Below, piece after piece: positions 10,501 through 18,471 of a DNA stretch of 64,000 bases. The position numbers and the translations under genes are program-made. Below the pieces are notes generated by a model. The model did no database searches. It saw only the letters and a list, made by a program, of their open reading frames with translations, and had not been told where the DNA came from. Every line of letters begins with the position of its first letter. Position 1 is the first letter of the stretch. Location of the stretch: positions 320,001-384,000 of the forward strand of contig CBDDPY010000002.1 in the NCBI GenBank assembly GCA_965232515.1, read 5' to 3'. This DNA comes from Alphaproteobacteria bacterium (GTDB lineage Bacteria > Pseudomonadota > Alphaproteobacteria > GCA-2731375).

Positions 10501-11114
10501 TTTTCGAATGCCGGTTGCAGGAATGTCGACGATGCGACGCTCAGCAGGCTCTCGATCCGGAATCGTCGGCCGCTGTCGTCGGAGAAACCGGGCGGCAATG
10601 GTGCGGCCGTCCAGTCCAGGCTCAGCGGCCAGGTGCGGCAGGCGGCCAGCAGCGCGTCCAGCGTATAGGGGACCTCGCTCACCTGCATCGGCATAACGAC
10701 GACCAGCCGGCTGCGGCCGGCCATGCGCGTCTTCGCCAGCGCCGGTGGCGTCGGCAGGTTCTCCGACGGCTCGTCCGGCAGATCCGTATTGCCGACTTCA
10801 GGCGCTTCTTCCAGGAAGGCTTCGTCGGCAATGGCCTGCGGCGGAAACTCGACAATCAGCCGGGATGGACGCGACGGGTTCTTGCGCACCAGCTTCGGCG
10901 GGCCCGACGTGTCCAGGTCCATATTGTTGAAGATGAAGTCCAGCACCAGCAGGTCGTCGGCGCGGACGATGCGCTTGCGAAACTCCTGCGGGGTGACGAA
11001 GACGTCGCTGAAATCGAACAGCGTACTGCGGTCGAGGATCGGTGTGATGCGGCGGGCCGAAATCGTACGACCACCGCGCCGCATGGAAACGACCACACGC
11101 CTGGAATCCGCCAT
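7593..11114 (-). CDS. Large hypothetical protein (1173 aa) with Gly/aromatic amphipathic beta-strand C-terminus (DUF6603-like in character)
   Basis: Long ORF, AGGGGGG upstream of ATG. C-terminal strand array FNLTVSLFGGGGFFGLGI, FEFGASISINLGVASGGVYVKAGFYF, GELSVLGLISVSLTFHLSLSY, GQASLKVEIEILFFSTSVTVKVERKF. Confidence 0.85.
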   Translation of the reverse strand: MADSRRVVVSMRRGGRTISARRITPILDRSTLFDFSDVFVTPQEFRKRIVRADDLLVLDFIFNNMDLDTSGPPKLVRKNPSRPSRLIVEFPPQAIADEAFLEEAPEVGNTDLPDEPSENLPTPPALAKTRMAGRSRLVVVMPMQVSEVPYTLDALLAACRTWPLSLDWTAAPLPPGFSDDSGRRFRIESLLSVASSTFLQPAFEKIRSDLTTSDAAELGTLMTRAGGRVADAVVKQLSAGRGAIDAKTINTLVERELSAGLRGLPGGLDDTDKSRARSLLELEVASRVATEVTAGRFEVDAIDLSVVPLLPLILTPHEPPKHVTAIELPYRLIQSPIQPAGFTHSDLPVAHANRTELWHTRLGRKDDGEVIEDGPARPMLRAIWSPDYPNPNPSDGQVPFRMSLTQLDRKMLVQLTADWGQDLANPTGGNTAYTPKPTQAKRLMLSTLGGWLDSEGNWNIRPEAVDLESWTHRAAMARDYYVRVIYAGFLYPFGHAASLVKVTERKFQNMPQNAGRAAYLRQRYFIVVREPVKTYPGPKQAYGALDFPFEKVEVLTKVTPNLAQPGVGASGLEPHLSYNGIKRRMAFWPRVSGDFFKFDLLATDKAGNRIAFAMPLIFMSEIVNKIPAGVDDVADAFAAKADLRKADLGGATVRYASQEVAGDSEGDTTFATQAVSFLGAKPAGSVPSNRPQFYPAFDEADVNVGSLDRLLGQGQTVAVKFFQGYLNDEFGPSNPGQIFLELSNALPLTFGAGNTSDKVGGFIAPNMDISGLSRSFGTVAGDVGTFAGGDFDPLAALKDVTILGGVSLGDLFSLISFATGDSSVPQLKTFELPDKIEARYRWYRDDLGDGGKPLFVANAGGTSVLDLTSKVVTPIDPTGTPGAPQSFTDAKLTNFKINLFGFVHIWFRELVFSVEAGKKPDVDVNLDPVDAVTFGGPLEFVNELRKFIPSNGFSDPPDLAISPTGLKASYALSLPDVAVGIAALQNISLGAGFELPFTGQKAVVRFNFGERHNTFNLTVSLFGGGGFFGLGISSEGVELVEAQFEFGASISINLGVASGGVYVKAGFYFRWQVQGPDESVLFEGFVEMGGELSVLGLISVSLTFHLSLSYHKANQKSELRGQASLKVEIEILFFSTSVTVKVERKFAGSNADPRFIELIPDAATWQRYCAAFA

Positions 11115-11263
11115 TACGCGCCCCCCTGTTGTTGTCGTTGGTCGTTCGGCAGGACCTAGACGAGGGAAAAAATCCCACCAAACGACACTAAAAGCCTAGC
11201 GCGGGGTGCGTTTCAGGGCCGAGGGACCATTCTGTGACCGCCATCAAGGGCGGCCGGCGGTGG

Positions 11264-12265
11264 TCAGCCCGTGCGGATAAATTTCTGGAAGGCGTGGCAG
11301 GTCAGCGGCGCGAAATGATCGATCGCACCCGATGCCTTTACCACTTCGCCGACATAAAGATCGCCGCGCGAGTCCGCCCAGATACCGTGCGGCGCGATGA
11401 AGTTGCCCGGCAGCACCGGGTTGTAGCCGCCGAACCGCGTCTGGATGTTGCCGTCCAGATCGCAGATCGTCACGCGCGCGATCGGCTCGTGTCCGATCGG
11501 CGGGCAATGCATCATGCAGAAGTGCGGCCGGTCCGTCGGCACCGGCGTCGACCAGCCCAGCTCGGCGATATAGAGGTTCTCCTGCTCGTCGATGAACAGG
11601 TCGTCTGGCCGGCTGACCCAGTCCCAGGTCGTGATCAGCGCGCCGTCGGCCGAGAAGATCTGGATGCGTGAATTCTCGCGGTCGGCCACGAAGACCCGGT
11701 TCGACCGGTCGACGGCGATGGCGTGCGGCAGGTTGAACTCGCCCGGACCGCTGCCCGGCTGGCCCCAGGACGCCAGCAACTGCCCGTCGGCTGAAAACCG
11801 GTGCACGCGCGCGTTGCCGTAGCCGTCGGCGATGAACATCTCGCCGTTGGCGCCGGTCGCGACGTTCGTCACCATGTTGAACGGGCCCGACGAATACTGC
11901 ACCGGCGAGACGCCTTCCTTGAAACCGGTGTTGGCGGGCTCGTTCGGCTCGCCCAGCGTCATCAGCAATTCGCCGTCGGTGGTGAACTTGCGCACCGTGT
12001 GGTCGAAATTGTCGGCGCAATAGATGTTGTCGTCGCGGTCGATGAAGATGCCGTGCGCGTTGGTGAAAATGTCCTCGCCCCAGGCATTGAGGAACTGGCC
12101 TTCCTTGTCGAATACGATGACCGGATGGTCGCCGCGGTTGAACACATAGACCCGGTCCTGCGAGTCGACCGCGACGCCGGCCACTTCCACGAACGACCAG
12201 CCCTCGGGCAGCTGCTCCCAGCCCTCCAGTACCTCGTATTCCAGCCTGTGCTCGCCCCACGCCAT
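11264..12265 (-). CDS. NHL-repeat beta-propeller protein, peptidyl-alpha-hydroxyglycine alpha-amidating lyase (PAL)-like
   Basis: ATG 12265 follows RBS GGGAGG. NHL repeats (GVAVDSQDRVYV, GEFNLPHAIAVD). PAL-type motifs ADGYGNARV and ADRENSRIQ. Confidence 0.88.
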   Translation of the reverse strand: MAWGEHRLEYEVLEGWEQLPEGWSFVEVAGVAVDSQDRVYVFNRGDHPVIVFDKEGQFLNAWGEDIFTNAHGIFIDRDDNIYCADNFDHTVRKFTTDGELLMTLGEPNEPANTGFKEGVSPVQYSSGPFNMVTNVATGANGEMFIADGYGNARVHRFSADGQLLASWGQPGSGPGEFNLPHAIAVDRSNRVFVADRENSRIQIFSADGALITTWDWVSRPDDLFIDEQENLYIAELGWSTPVPTDRPHFCMMHCPPIGHEPIARVTICDLDGNIQTRFGGYNPVLPGNFIAPHGIWADSRGDLYVGEVVKASGAIDHFAPLTCHAFQKFIRTG

Positions 12266-12300
12266 GGTTCGTCCCTCCCGTTCGGTCGCGGTTATTGTTG

Positions 12301-13188
12301 TTACGCCACCTGCACCTCGGTCACGCCGGCGTCCACGTCCGACACCGTGGTGCGATGCATCACGCGGCGGTGTTGTGAATTCCAGGGCTTGCCGCGGTGC
12401 ATGACGCTGCGGTTGTCCCAGATCACCAGGTCGCCGGCGCGCCATTTGTGGCTGTAGACGAAGCGGTCCTGCACGCACCATTCGTTGATCCGCCGCAGCA
12501 ACGCCCGGCTCTTGTCGATGTCCCAACCCAGGATGTGCGAAGCGTGGCTGCCGACATAGAAGCTCCTGCGGCCCGTCACCGGATGCGTGCGGATCAGCTT
12601 CTGCCGCACCGGCGGCATGGCGCGCTTCTCGTCGTCGCTAAAAATGTCGCCGACGATCAGGCTGCGGGAATAGACGATCGAATGCTCGCAGATGCAGTTG
12701 TCCAGATCCGCCTTGGCGATGCCGTCGGTCTCGTCGGGCCAGGCGTCATAGGCGGCGCGCGCGTCGGCGAACTCGGTCTCGCCGCCCTCGGGCGGCACCT
12801 CGCGGCCCGACAGGATCGAATACATCGCCGGCACCGGCTTGAACGAGCTGTCGATATGCCAGAGCTGGTTGCCCTTCATGTAGGTCGCGTGCGCGTCGTC
12901 GGCGGCCAGCAGCTTGTCGCCGTCGCCCACGTTCGAAAGGCGCGTTACCTGGCCGTGCACGCCGCCATACTGGTCGCGCGGCAGCGGCACCTCCAGCGGC
13001 CCGAAGCGCTCGGTGAAGTCGACCTGCTGCTGGTCGCTCAGGCGCTGGTCGCGGAACAGCAGCACGGCGTGCTCCGCCGCGGCCCGCGCGATCGCATCGA
13101 ATGTGGCGTCGTTGAGCGGCCGGCTCAGATCGATGCCGCCGATCTCGGCGGCGAAGACGGGTGTCAGTCTGGTTTGCTCGATCGTCAT
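12301..13188 (-). CDS. TauD/TfdA family Fe(II)/2-oxoglutarate dioxygenase (TfdA/SdpA-like)
   Basis: FAAEIGGIDL, NQLWHIDSSF (HxD), GGETEFAD, WRAGDLVIWDNRSVMHRG. Confidence 0.93.
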   Translation of the reverse strand: MTIEQTRLTPVFAAEIGGIDLSRPLNDATFDAIARAAAEHAVLLFRDQRLSDQQQVDFTERFGPLEVPLPRDQYGGVHGQVTRLSNVGDGDKLLAADDAHATYMKGNQLWHIDSSFKPVPAMYSILSGREVPPEGGETEFADARAAYDAWPDETDGIAKADLDNCICEHSIVYSRSLIVGDIFSDDEKRAMPPVRQKLIRTHPVTGRRSFYVGSHASHILGWDIDKSRALLRRINEWCVQDRFVYSHKWRAGDLVIWDNRSVMHRGKPWNSQHRRVMHRTTVSDVDAGVTEVQVA

Positions 13189-13313
13189 TTGCTTTCTTTG
13201 TCCGGTTATCGGCGCCCCGGGGTAAGGCCACGGTCTCGGCAATAAGGATAACCATTCACGCACGGCCGTTATAGTGTCGGCGGACGCTTCGAATTTGTGA
13301 GGTTGAATTCCGG

Positions 13314-13835
13314 ATGTTCGGCGTCGTCAACCTGCTCGACCGCATGATCCGGGGCTTCGGACTTTTCGTGGCCTGGGGGCTGCTGCCGCCGCTCATCCTG
13401 ATGCGCGCCTACGATATCGTGGCCAAGCAGTTTTTTGCCGTACCGTCGGCGCTGTTCCAGGTGTTGGAGTGGAACGCCTTCTTTCTGCTGGCGCTACTGA
13501 CGATCGGCTTCACCTACCTGCAGGATGGTCATGTCCGGATCGACGTCGTGCGCGACCGCCTATCGGCCCGCGCCAAGGCCTGGATCGAGATCGTCGGCTT
13601 CCTGTTCGCCTGCCTGCCGTTCTGTCTCGTGCTGATCTTCTATGGCGGGCAGTTCGCGATGATTTCCTATGGCGATCAGGAACCCTGGTTGTTCCCTGGC
13701 GTCGGCCTTTGGCTGAAGAAGGCGATGTTGCCGTTCGGCGGACTGCTGCTGCTCACCGCGGGCACCCTGACCACAGCGCGCAACGCGCTCTTTCTTTACG
13801 GGCGCGCCCCATCGCCCGCGCCCAACGGCGACTAG
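13314..13835 (+). CDS. TRAP transporter small permease (DctQ-like)
   Basis: Four TM segments, GHVRIDVV motif. Confidence 0.9.
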   Translation: MFGVVNLLDRMIRGFGLFVAWGLLPPLILMRAYDIVAKQFFAVPSALFQVLEWNAFFLLALLTIGFTYLQDGHVRIDVVRDRLSARAKAWIEIVGFLFACLPFCLVLIFYGGQFAMISYGDQEPWLFPGVGLWLKKAMLPFGGLLLLTAGTLTTARNALFLYGRAPSPAPNGD

Positions 13836-13853
13836 CACGGCGTCGGGCCGATC

Positions 13854-15227
13854 ATGATTTCGACATTCGTCGCCGAAAATCTCGCGCTGCTGATGCTGTT
13901 GGCCTTCGCCGTGCTGTTGTTCAGCGGCTATCCGGTCGCGCTGATTCTGGCCGGCGTCGGCCTCGCCTTCGCCTTCATCGGCTATCTCGTCGATTTGTTT
14001 CCGCTGGTCGCGTTCTACAATGTCCCGTTGCGGGTCTATGGCAGTATCAACAACAGTTTCATCTATCCCGCCGTGCCGATGCTGCTGTTCATGGGCGTGG
14101 CGCTGGAGAAGTCGGGCGTCGCCCGTGACATGCTGTTATGTCTGCGCCTGCTGCTCGGCCGGACACCGGGCAGCCTTGCCATCGGCGTCACGCTGCTGGG
14201 CATCCTGTTGGCGCCGGCGGCCGGGCTGATCGGCGCTTCGGTCGCGACACTGGCCCTGGTGGCGCTGCCGACCATGCTGGAGCACGGCTATCGGCCGACT
14301 GTCGCCACCGGTTCGGTGGCCGCCGCCGGCACGCTCGGCATCGTCCTGCCACCGGGGCTGATGCTGTTCTTCCTGGCCGAGCTGATGCGCGTTTCGGTGG
14401 GGCAGATGTTCCTCTCCACCATCGTCCCCGGCCTGATGCTGGCGCTGCTGTATATCGGCTACTACCTCATCCGCGGCCGGGCCGATCCCGGCATGTCGGC
14501 GCGCCGCGCCGATGCCACGATCGCCGCGGACGGCAACCTTCCGTTCTATATCCTGCGCAGCCTGGCCCTGCCGGCGCTGTTGATCGGTCTGGTGTTGGGC
14601 TCGATCATCGCCGGCTGGGCGACGCCGCCGCAATCGGCGGCCGTCGGCGCTGTCGGCAGCGTCGTGCTGATGGCGCTGAACCGGCGGTTCGAGCTTCGGT
14701 TGCTGCACGAGGTGGTGGTCAGCACGACGGTGATGACATCCATGGTGTTCTTCGTGGTCATCGCGGCGACGATCTTTTCCTACCCGTTTCGCTTCTTCGG
14801 AGGTGACGACCTGATCGGCGATTTTCTACAGGCGCTCGGCTTCGGTGACTGGGGCGTTCTTGTCGTCATTCTGCTGACGATCTTCCTGCTTGGGTTCTTC
14901 ATCGACTGGATCGAGATCACCATCATCACACTGCCCATATTTTATCCGGTGCTGGCCGGTCTCGATTTTTCCGCTCATGTCGGCGGCGCCGGGCCGGCCT
15001 TCGTTTGGATGGCTGTGCTGATCGCACTTGTCCTGCAGACCTCGTTCCTGACGCCGCCCTTCGGTTTCGCTCTGTTCTTCCTGAAGGGCGCGGCGCCGCC
15101 GTCGGTCCGGCTGACCGAAATCTATCTGGGCGTCGTGCCGATCGTGCTGCTGCAGTTGTCCGGCATCGCGCTCGTCATGACGCTGCCACTATTGGCAACC
15201 GCCCTGCCTCAGGCGCTGCTTCCGTAG
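13854..15227 (+). CDS. TRAP transporter large permease (DctM-like)
   Basis: AVPMLLFMGVALEKSG, AAGTLGIVLPP, LGFFIDWIEI, QTSFLTPPFGFALFFLKG. Confidence 0.93.
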   Translation: MISTFVAENLALLMLLAFAVLLFSGYPVALILAGVGLAFAFIGYLVDLFPLVAFYNVPLRVYGSINNSFIYPAVPMLLFMGVALEKSGVARDMLLCLRLLLGRTPGSLAIGVTLLGILLAPAAGLIGASVATLALVALPTMLEHGYRPTVATGSVAAAGTLGIVLPPGLMLFFLAELMRVSVGQMFLSTIVPGLMLALLYIGYYLIRGRADPGMSARRADATIAADGNLPFYILRSLALPALLIGLVLGSIIAGWATPPQSAAVGAVGSVVLMALNRRFELRLLHEVVVSTTVMTSMVFFVVIAATIFSYPFRFFGGDDLIGDFLQALGFGDWGVLVVILLTIFLLGFFIDWIEITIITLPIFYPVLAGLDFSAHVGGAGPAFVWMAVLIALVLQTSFLTPPFGFALFFLKGAAPPSVRLTEIYLGVVPIVLLQLSGIALVMTLPLLATALPQALLP

Positions 15228-15239
15228 ACGGGTCGGCGC

Positions 15240-15860
15240 TTAGGGGCCGCGTTCGACGATGTCGTAGATCCAGGGCCGCGCCGCGCGGTCGCGAGCCTGG
15301 AAGGTACGGATCTCCTCCATCCGGCGGCGCGTGACGTCGATCTCGTCCAGGCCCTCCAGCAACGCCTCGCGCTGGGCCGGCGGCACCTCGAACGCGATCG
15401 CCTCGCGATTGGGCGGTCTGATCGTGCCGGCGGCGAGATCGATGGTCGTCGGGCCGGCCGCCGAGGCGGCGGCCAGCGCCTCGACCGTCTTCTCGTCCAG
15501 CACGATCGGCAGCACGCCGTTCTTGAAGCAATTGTTGTAGAAGATGTCGCCGAAGCTGGGCGCGATGACGACACGGATGCCCATGCCCTGCAGGGCCCAG
15601 ACCGCGGTTTCGCGCGAGCTGCCGCAGCCGAAGTTGCGCCCGGCGATCAGGATCGGCGCGCCGCGATAGGCCGGTTGGTGCAGCGGAAAGTCCGGGTTCT
15701 CGCTGCCGTCGGCGCGAAACCTCAGCGGCTCCAACGCGAACTGGCCCAGTGCGTCGCGCTCGTTGTCCAGCATGCGCTGCATCGGAATGATGGTGTCGGT
15801 ATCGACGTTTTGTCGCAGCAGTGGCGCGGCCGGGCCGATGACTGTGGTGAACTTTTCCAT
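15240..15860 (-). CDS. leuD: 3-isopropylmalate dehydratase-like small subunit
   Basis: NVDTDTIIP, GRNFGCGSSRETA, APSFGDIFYNNCFKNG. May be a paralog. Confidence 0.88.
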   Translation of the reverse strand: MEKFTTVIGPAAPLLRQNVDTDTIIPMQRMLDNERDALGQFALEPLRFRADGSENPDFPLHQPAYRGAPILIAGRNFGCGSSRETAVWALQGMGIRVVIAPSFGDIFYNNCFKNGVLPIVLDEKTVEALAAASAAGPTTIDLAAGTIRPPNREAIAFEVPPAQREALLEGLDEIDVTRRRMEEIRTFQARDRAARPWIYDIVERGP

Positions 15861-15863
15861 GGC

Positions 15864-17264
15864 TCAGGCCCCCAGCTTGCGCACATCGGCGATATGGCCG
15901 CTGACGGCGGCGGCCGCCGCCATCGCCGGGCTGGCGAGATGCGTACGGCTGCCAGGCCCCTGCCGACCGACGAAGTTGCGGTTCGAGGTCGAGATACAGC
16001 GCGCGCCCGGCGCCACCCGGTCGCCGTTCGCCGCCACGCACATGGAGCAGCCCGGCGCCCGCCATTCGAAGCCGCTGTCCAGGAAGACCTTGTCCAACCC
16101 CTCGGCCTCGGCGGCGCGCTTCACTGCCTCGCTGCCCGGCACCACCCAGGCCTCGACGTGCTCGGCGACCTTGCGGCCCTTGGCAACGCGGGCGGCGTCG
16201 CGCAAATCGCTGATCCGGCTGTTCGTGCAGGAGCCGATGAAGACCCGGTCGACCTTGACGCCCTCGATCGGTGTCCCGGGCGTCAGATCCATATAGTCGA
16301 GGGCGGCTTCGATCGCCGGCCGCCGGTCCGGCGCCGCCGTCGCGGGATCGGGGATGCGTCCGTCGACCGGCAGCACGTCCTGCGGGCTGTTGCCCCAGGT
16401 GATCTGCGGCCTGACGGCGGCGGCGTCGATCGTCACTTCCCGGTCGAACACGGCATCGTCGTCGCTCGGCAGTTTGCGCCAGTCGGCCACGGCCCGGTCC
16501 CACAGGGCGCCCGTCGGCGCGAAACGCCGGCCCGCCAGGTATTCGAACGTGCTGTCATCAGGCGCCATCATGCCGATCTTGGCGCCGAACTCGATCGACA
16601 GGTTGCAGATCGTCAGGCGGCCTTCGATCGGCATCTGCCGGATGGCCGAGCCGGCATATTCGATGGCGTAGCCGACGCCGGCCGCGGCGCCGATCTCGCC
16701 GATCAGATACAGCACCAGGTCCTTGGCCGAGACGTGATCGTCGAGGCGGCCATCGAGCGTGATGCGCATGCGTTTCGGCCGCCGTTGCAGGATGGTCTGC
16801 GTCGCCAGGACGTGCGCCACCTCGCTCGAGCCGATGCCCCAGGACAGCGCGCCCAGACCGCCATGCGTACAGGTATGGCTGTCGCCGCAGAGCAGCAGGA
16901 CGCCGGGCAGCGTGATGCCCATCTCCGGACCGATCACATGCACGATGCCCTGGCCATCCTGTTCCAGGTCGAACAGCCGGATGCCGCAGGCCGCGCAGCT
17001 TTCGCGCAGCCCGTTGACGAGTTTCTTGCCGGCATAGTCTTCCAGGCCGGCGCGGCCGGGCTCGGTCGAAACCGCGTGATCCGGCGTCGCGAAACAGAGC
17101 TCGGGGTTGGCGACCTTGAGATTGCGCTGTCGCAGGTCCAGCAGGCCGCGGCCGCCGCTCAGGTCATGCAGCAGGTGTCGGTCGACATGCAGCAGATACT
17201 GGTCGTCGCCCAGATCGGCGATCACATGGGCATCCCAAACCTTATCGAACAACGACCGACCCAT
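15864..17264 (-). CDS. leuC: 3-isopropylmalate dehydratase-like large subunit (aconitase family, probable paralog)
   Basis: QGIVHVIGPE, CGDSHTCTHG, FIGSCTNSR, GCSMC, STSNRNFVGRQG. The N-terminal motif reads HDLSG instead of canonical HEVTSP. Confidence 0.85.
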   Translation of the reverse strand: MGRSLFDKVWDAHVIADLGDDQYLLHVDRHLLHDLSGGRGLLDLRQRNLKVANPELCFATPDHAVSTEPGRAGLEDYAGKKLVNGLRESCAACGIRLFDLEQDGQGIVHVIGPEMGITLPGVLLLCGDSHTCTHGGLGALSWGIGSSEVAHVLATQTILQRRPKRMRITLDGRLDDHVSAKDLVLYLIGEIGAAAGVGYAIEYAGSAIRQMPIEGRLTICNLSIEFGAKIGMMAPDDSTFEYLAGRRFAPTGALWDRAVADWRKLPSDDDAVFDREVTIDAAAVRPQITWGNSPQDVLPVDGRIPDPATAAPDRRPAIEAALDYMDLTPGTPIEGVKVDRVFIGSCTNSRISDLRDAARVAKGRKVAEHVEAWVVPGSEAVKRAAEAEGLDKVFLDSGFEWRAPGCSMCVAANGDRVAPGARCISTSNRNFVGRQGPGSRTHLASPAMAAAAAVSGHIADVRKLGA

Positions 17265-17409
17265 CGTCCGGCATCTCCTCGCAATCCTTGATTTGCCGAA
17301 GCTTAGCACGCCGTTTGCGTATTTCTACGCAAGGGGAAGTCCGGATTCCGGCGCCGATGGCGCTTGCTTAAGTAGTTGGGCAACAAAGACCCAATCGGAG
17401 GCGCGGGCA

Positions 17410-17595
17410 ATGGAACTGCAGGAAATCCAGATTGCGACACCGGGCGGCGAGACGCTTTTCGCCGATCGCCAGGGTGAACTGCGCAAGCGGCGCCGCAAGC
17501 TTCGGCACGAGATGCTGGCGCTGAACAATGCGCTCGCCCGCGTGCAGAACGATTTGGCCCGCGTCGAGAACGAGTTGGGCGCGTATCCGCGTTAA
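17410..17595 (+). CDS. Small hypothetical coiled-coil protein (61 aa)
   Basis: GGAGG RBS before ATG 17410. Heptad pattern LRHEMLALNNALARVQNDLARVENEL. Confidence 0.6.
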   Translation: MELQEIQIATPGGETLFADRQGELRKRRRKLRHEMLALNNALARVQNDLARVENELGAYPR

Positions 17596-17609
17596 CCAAT
17601 GGGACGCGA

Positions 17610-17631
17610 CTGTGACCAAACCCGGTCACAG
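17610..17631. promoter_or_regulatory. Inverted repeat CTGTGACC-N6-GGTCACAG (operator or hairpin)
   Basis: Perfect 8-bp arms in the intergenic gap upstream of the MlaC-like gene. Confidence 0.4.
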
Positions 17632-17695
17632 CGTGATTTCTGGTCAATTCGACTGTGCCGCCGTCAGGCTTGAACAACGTCAAGAACAACGAACC

Positions 17696-18280
17696 ATGAA
17701 ACTGCTTCGTCGCATCGGGGTCATCGCAGCGCTGCTTTTCGCCAGCAGCGCACTGGCCGATTCCCATCCGCACGACGCGGCTGGCTTCGTTTCGTCGTTC
17801 GGCAGCAAGGCGGAGACCATCCTCAAGGCGGCCGAGCTGTCCGATGGCGAGCGTGACGCCCGCCTGCGTCTGCTGCTCACCGACTCCATCGATTTGCAAC
17901 GCCTCAGCCGTTTCGCGCTCGGCCGGTTCTGGGATCGCGCCACGCCCAACCAGAAAGCCGACTACCAGGCGTTGTTCTCGAACTTCGTCGTCAGCACCTA
18001 TGTCGACCTGCTGGCCTCCCAGGACGCCCAGAAGTTCGACGTGCTGGGCATGCGGCCACAGCCCGGGGCCGATGCGCTGGTGAAAACGCGCATCGAACGG
18101 CCGTCGGGCGAGGTGATCGACGCCGATTGGCATATCGGCCGCAACGGCGCCGGCTACCGGGTCTACGACATCACCACCGATGGCATCAGCATGGCCGAGA
18201 CCTACCGCTCGGCCGTCAGCTCCGTTGTCGCCGTTGGCGGCATGCCATCGCTGCTGGCCGTGCTGCGCGCACGGCAGTAG
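17696..18280 (+). CDS. MlaC/Ttg2D family periplasmic lipid-binding protein
   Basis: Signal peptide (ASSALA/D), LSRFALGRFW, YRVYDITTDGISMAETYRS. Confidence 0.85.
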   Translation: MKLLRRIGVIAALLFASSALADSHPHDAAGFVSSFGSKAETILKAAELSDGERDARLRLLLTDSIDLQRLSRFALGRFWDRATPNQKADYQALFSNFVVSTYVDLLASQDAQKFDVLGMRPQPGADALVKTRIERPSGEVIDADWHIGRNGAGYRVYDITTDGISMAETYRSAVSSVVAVGGMPSLLAVLRARQ

Positions 18281-18471
18281 CGCTTTAACGCCGATCTCAA
18301 CGACAAGAATCAAGAGGGCATCAGCGGCGTACGACGGCAGTTTCCGGCGGGAGTGATCCTCTCTGCATTCCCGCCGGGGCTGTCTTTTGCAGTCTGTCCA
18401 ACAATTCCGACAACAATTGCGGCTAGACTGGGCCGATGGTGGGTCGCCGATCGCGCAAGGGGAGGCATGTC

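Noticed and set aside
3554-11159. Very long plus-strand ORFs (1362 aa at 3554-7642, 1026 aa at 8079-11159)
   Set aside because: Antisense shadows of the two large minus-strand genes. Arg/His/Gln-rich composition typical of reverse-complement frames in high-GC DNA.
17410-17595. Type III secretion chaperone (YscE-like) for the 61-aa ORF
   Set aside because: Only a generic helical resemblance, and no T3SS genes are in the window.
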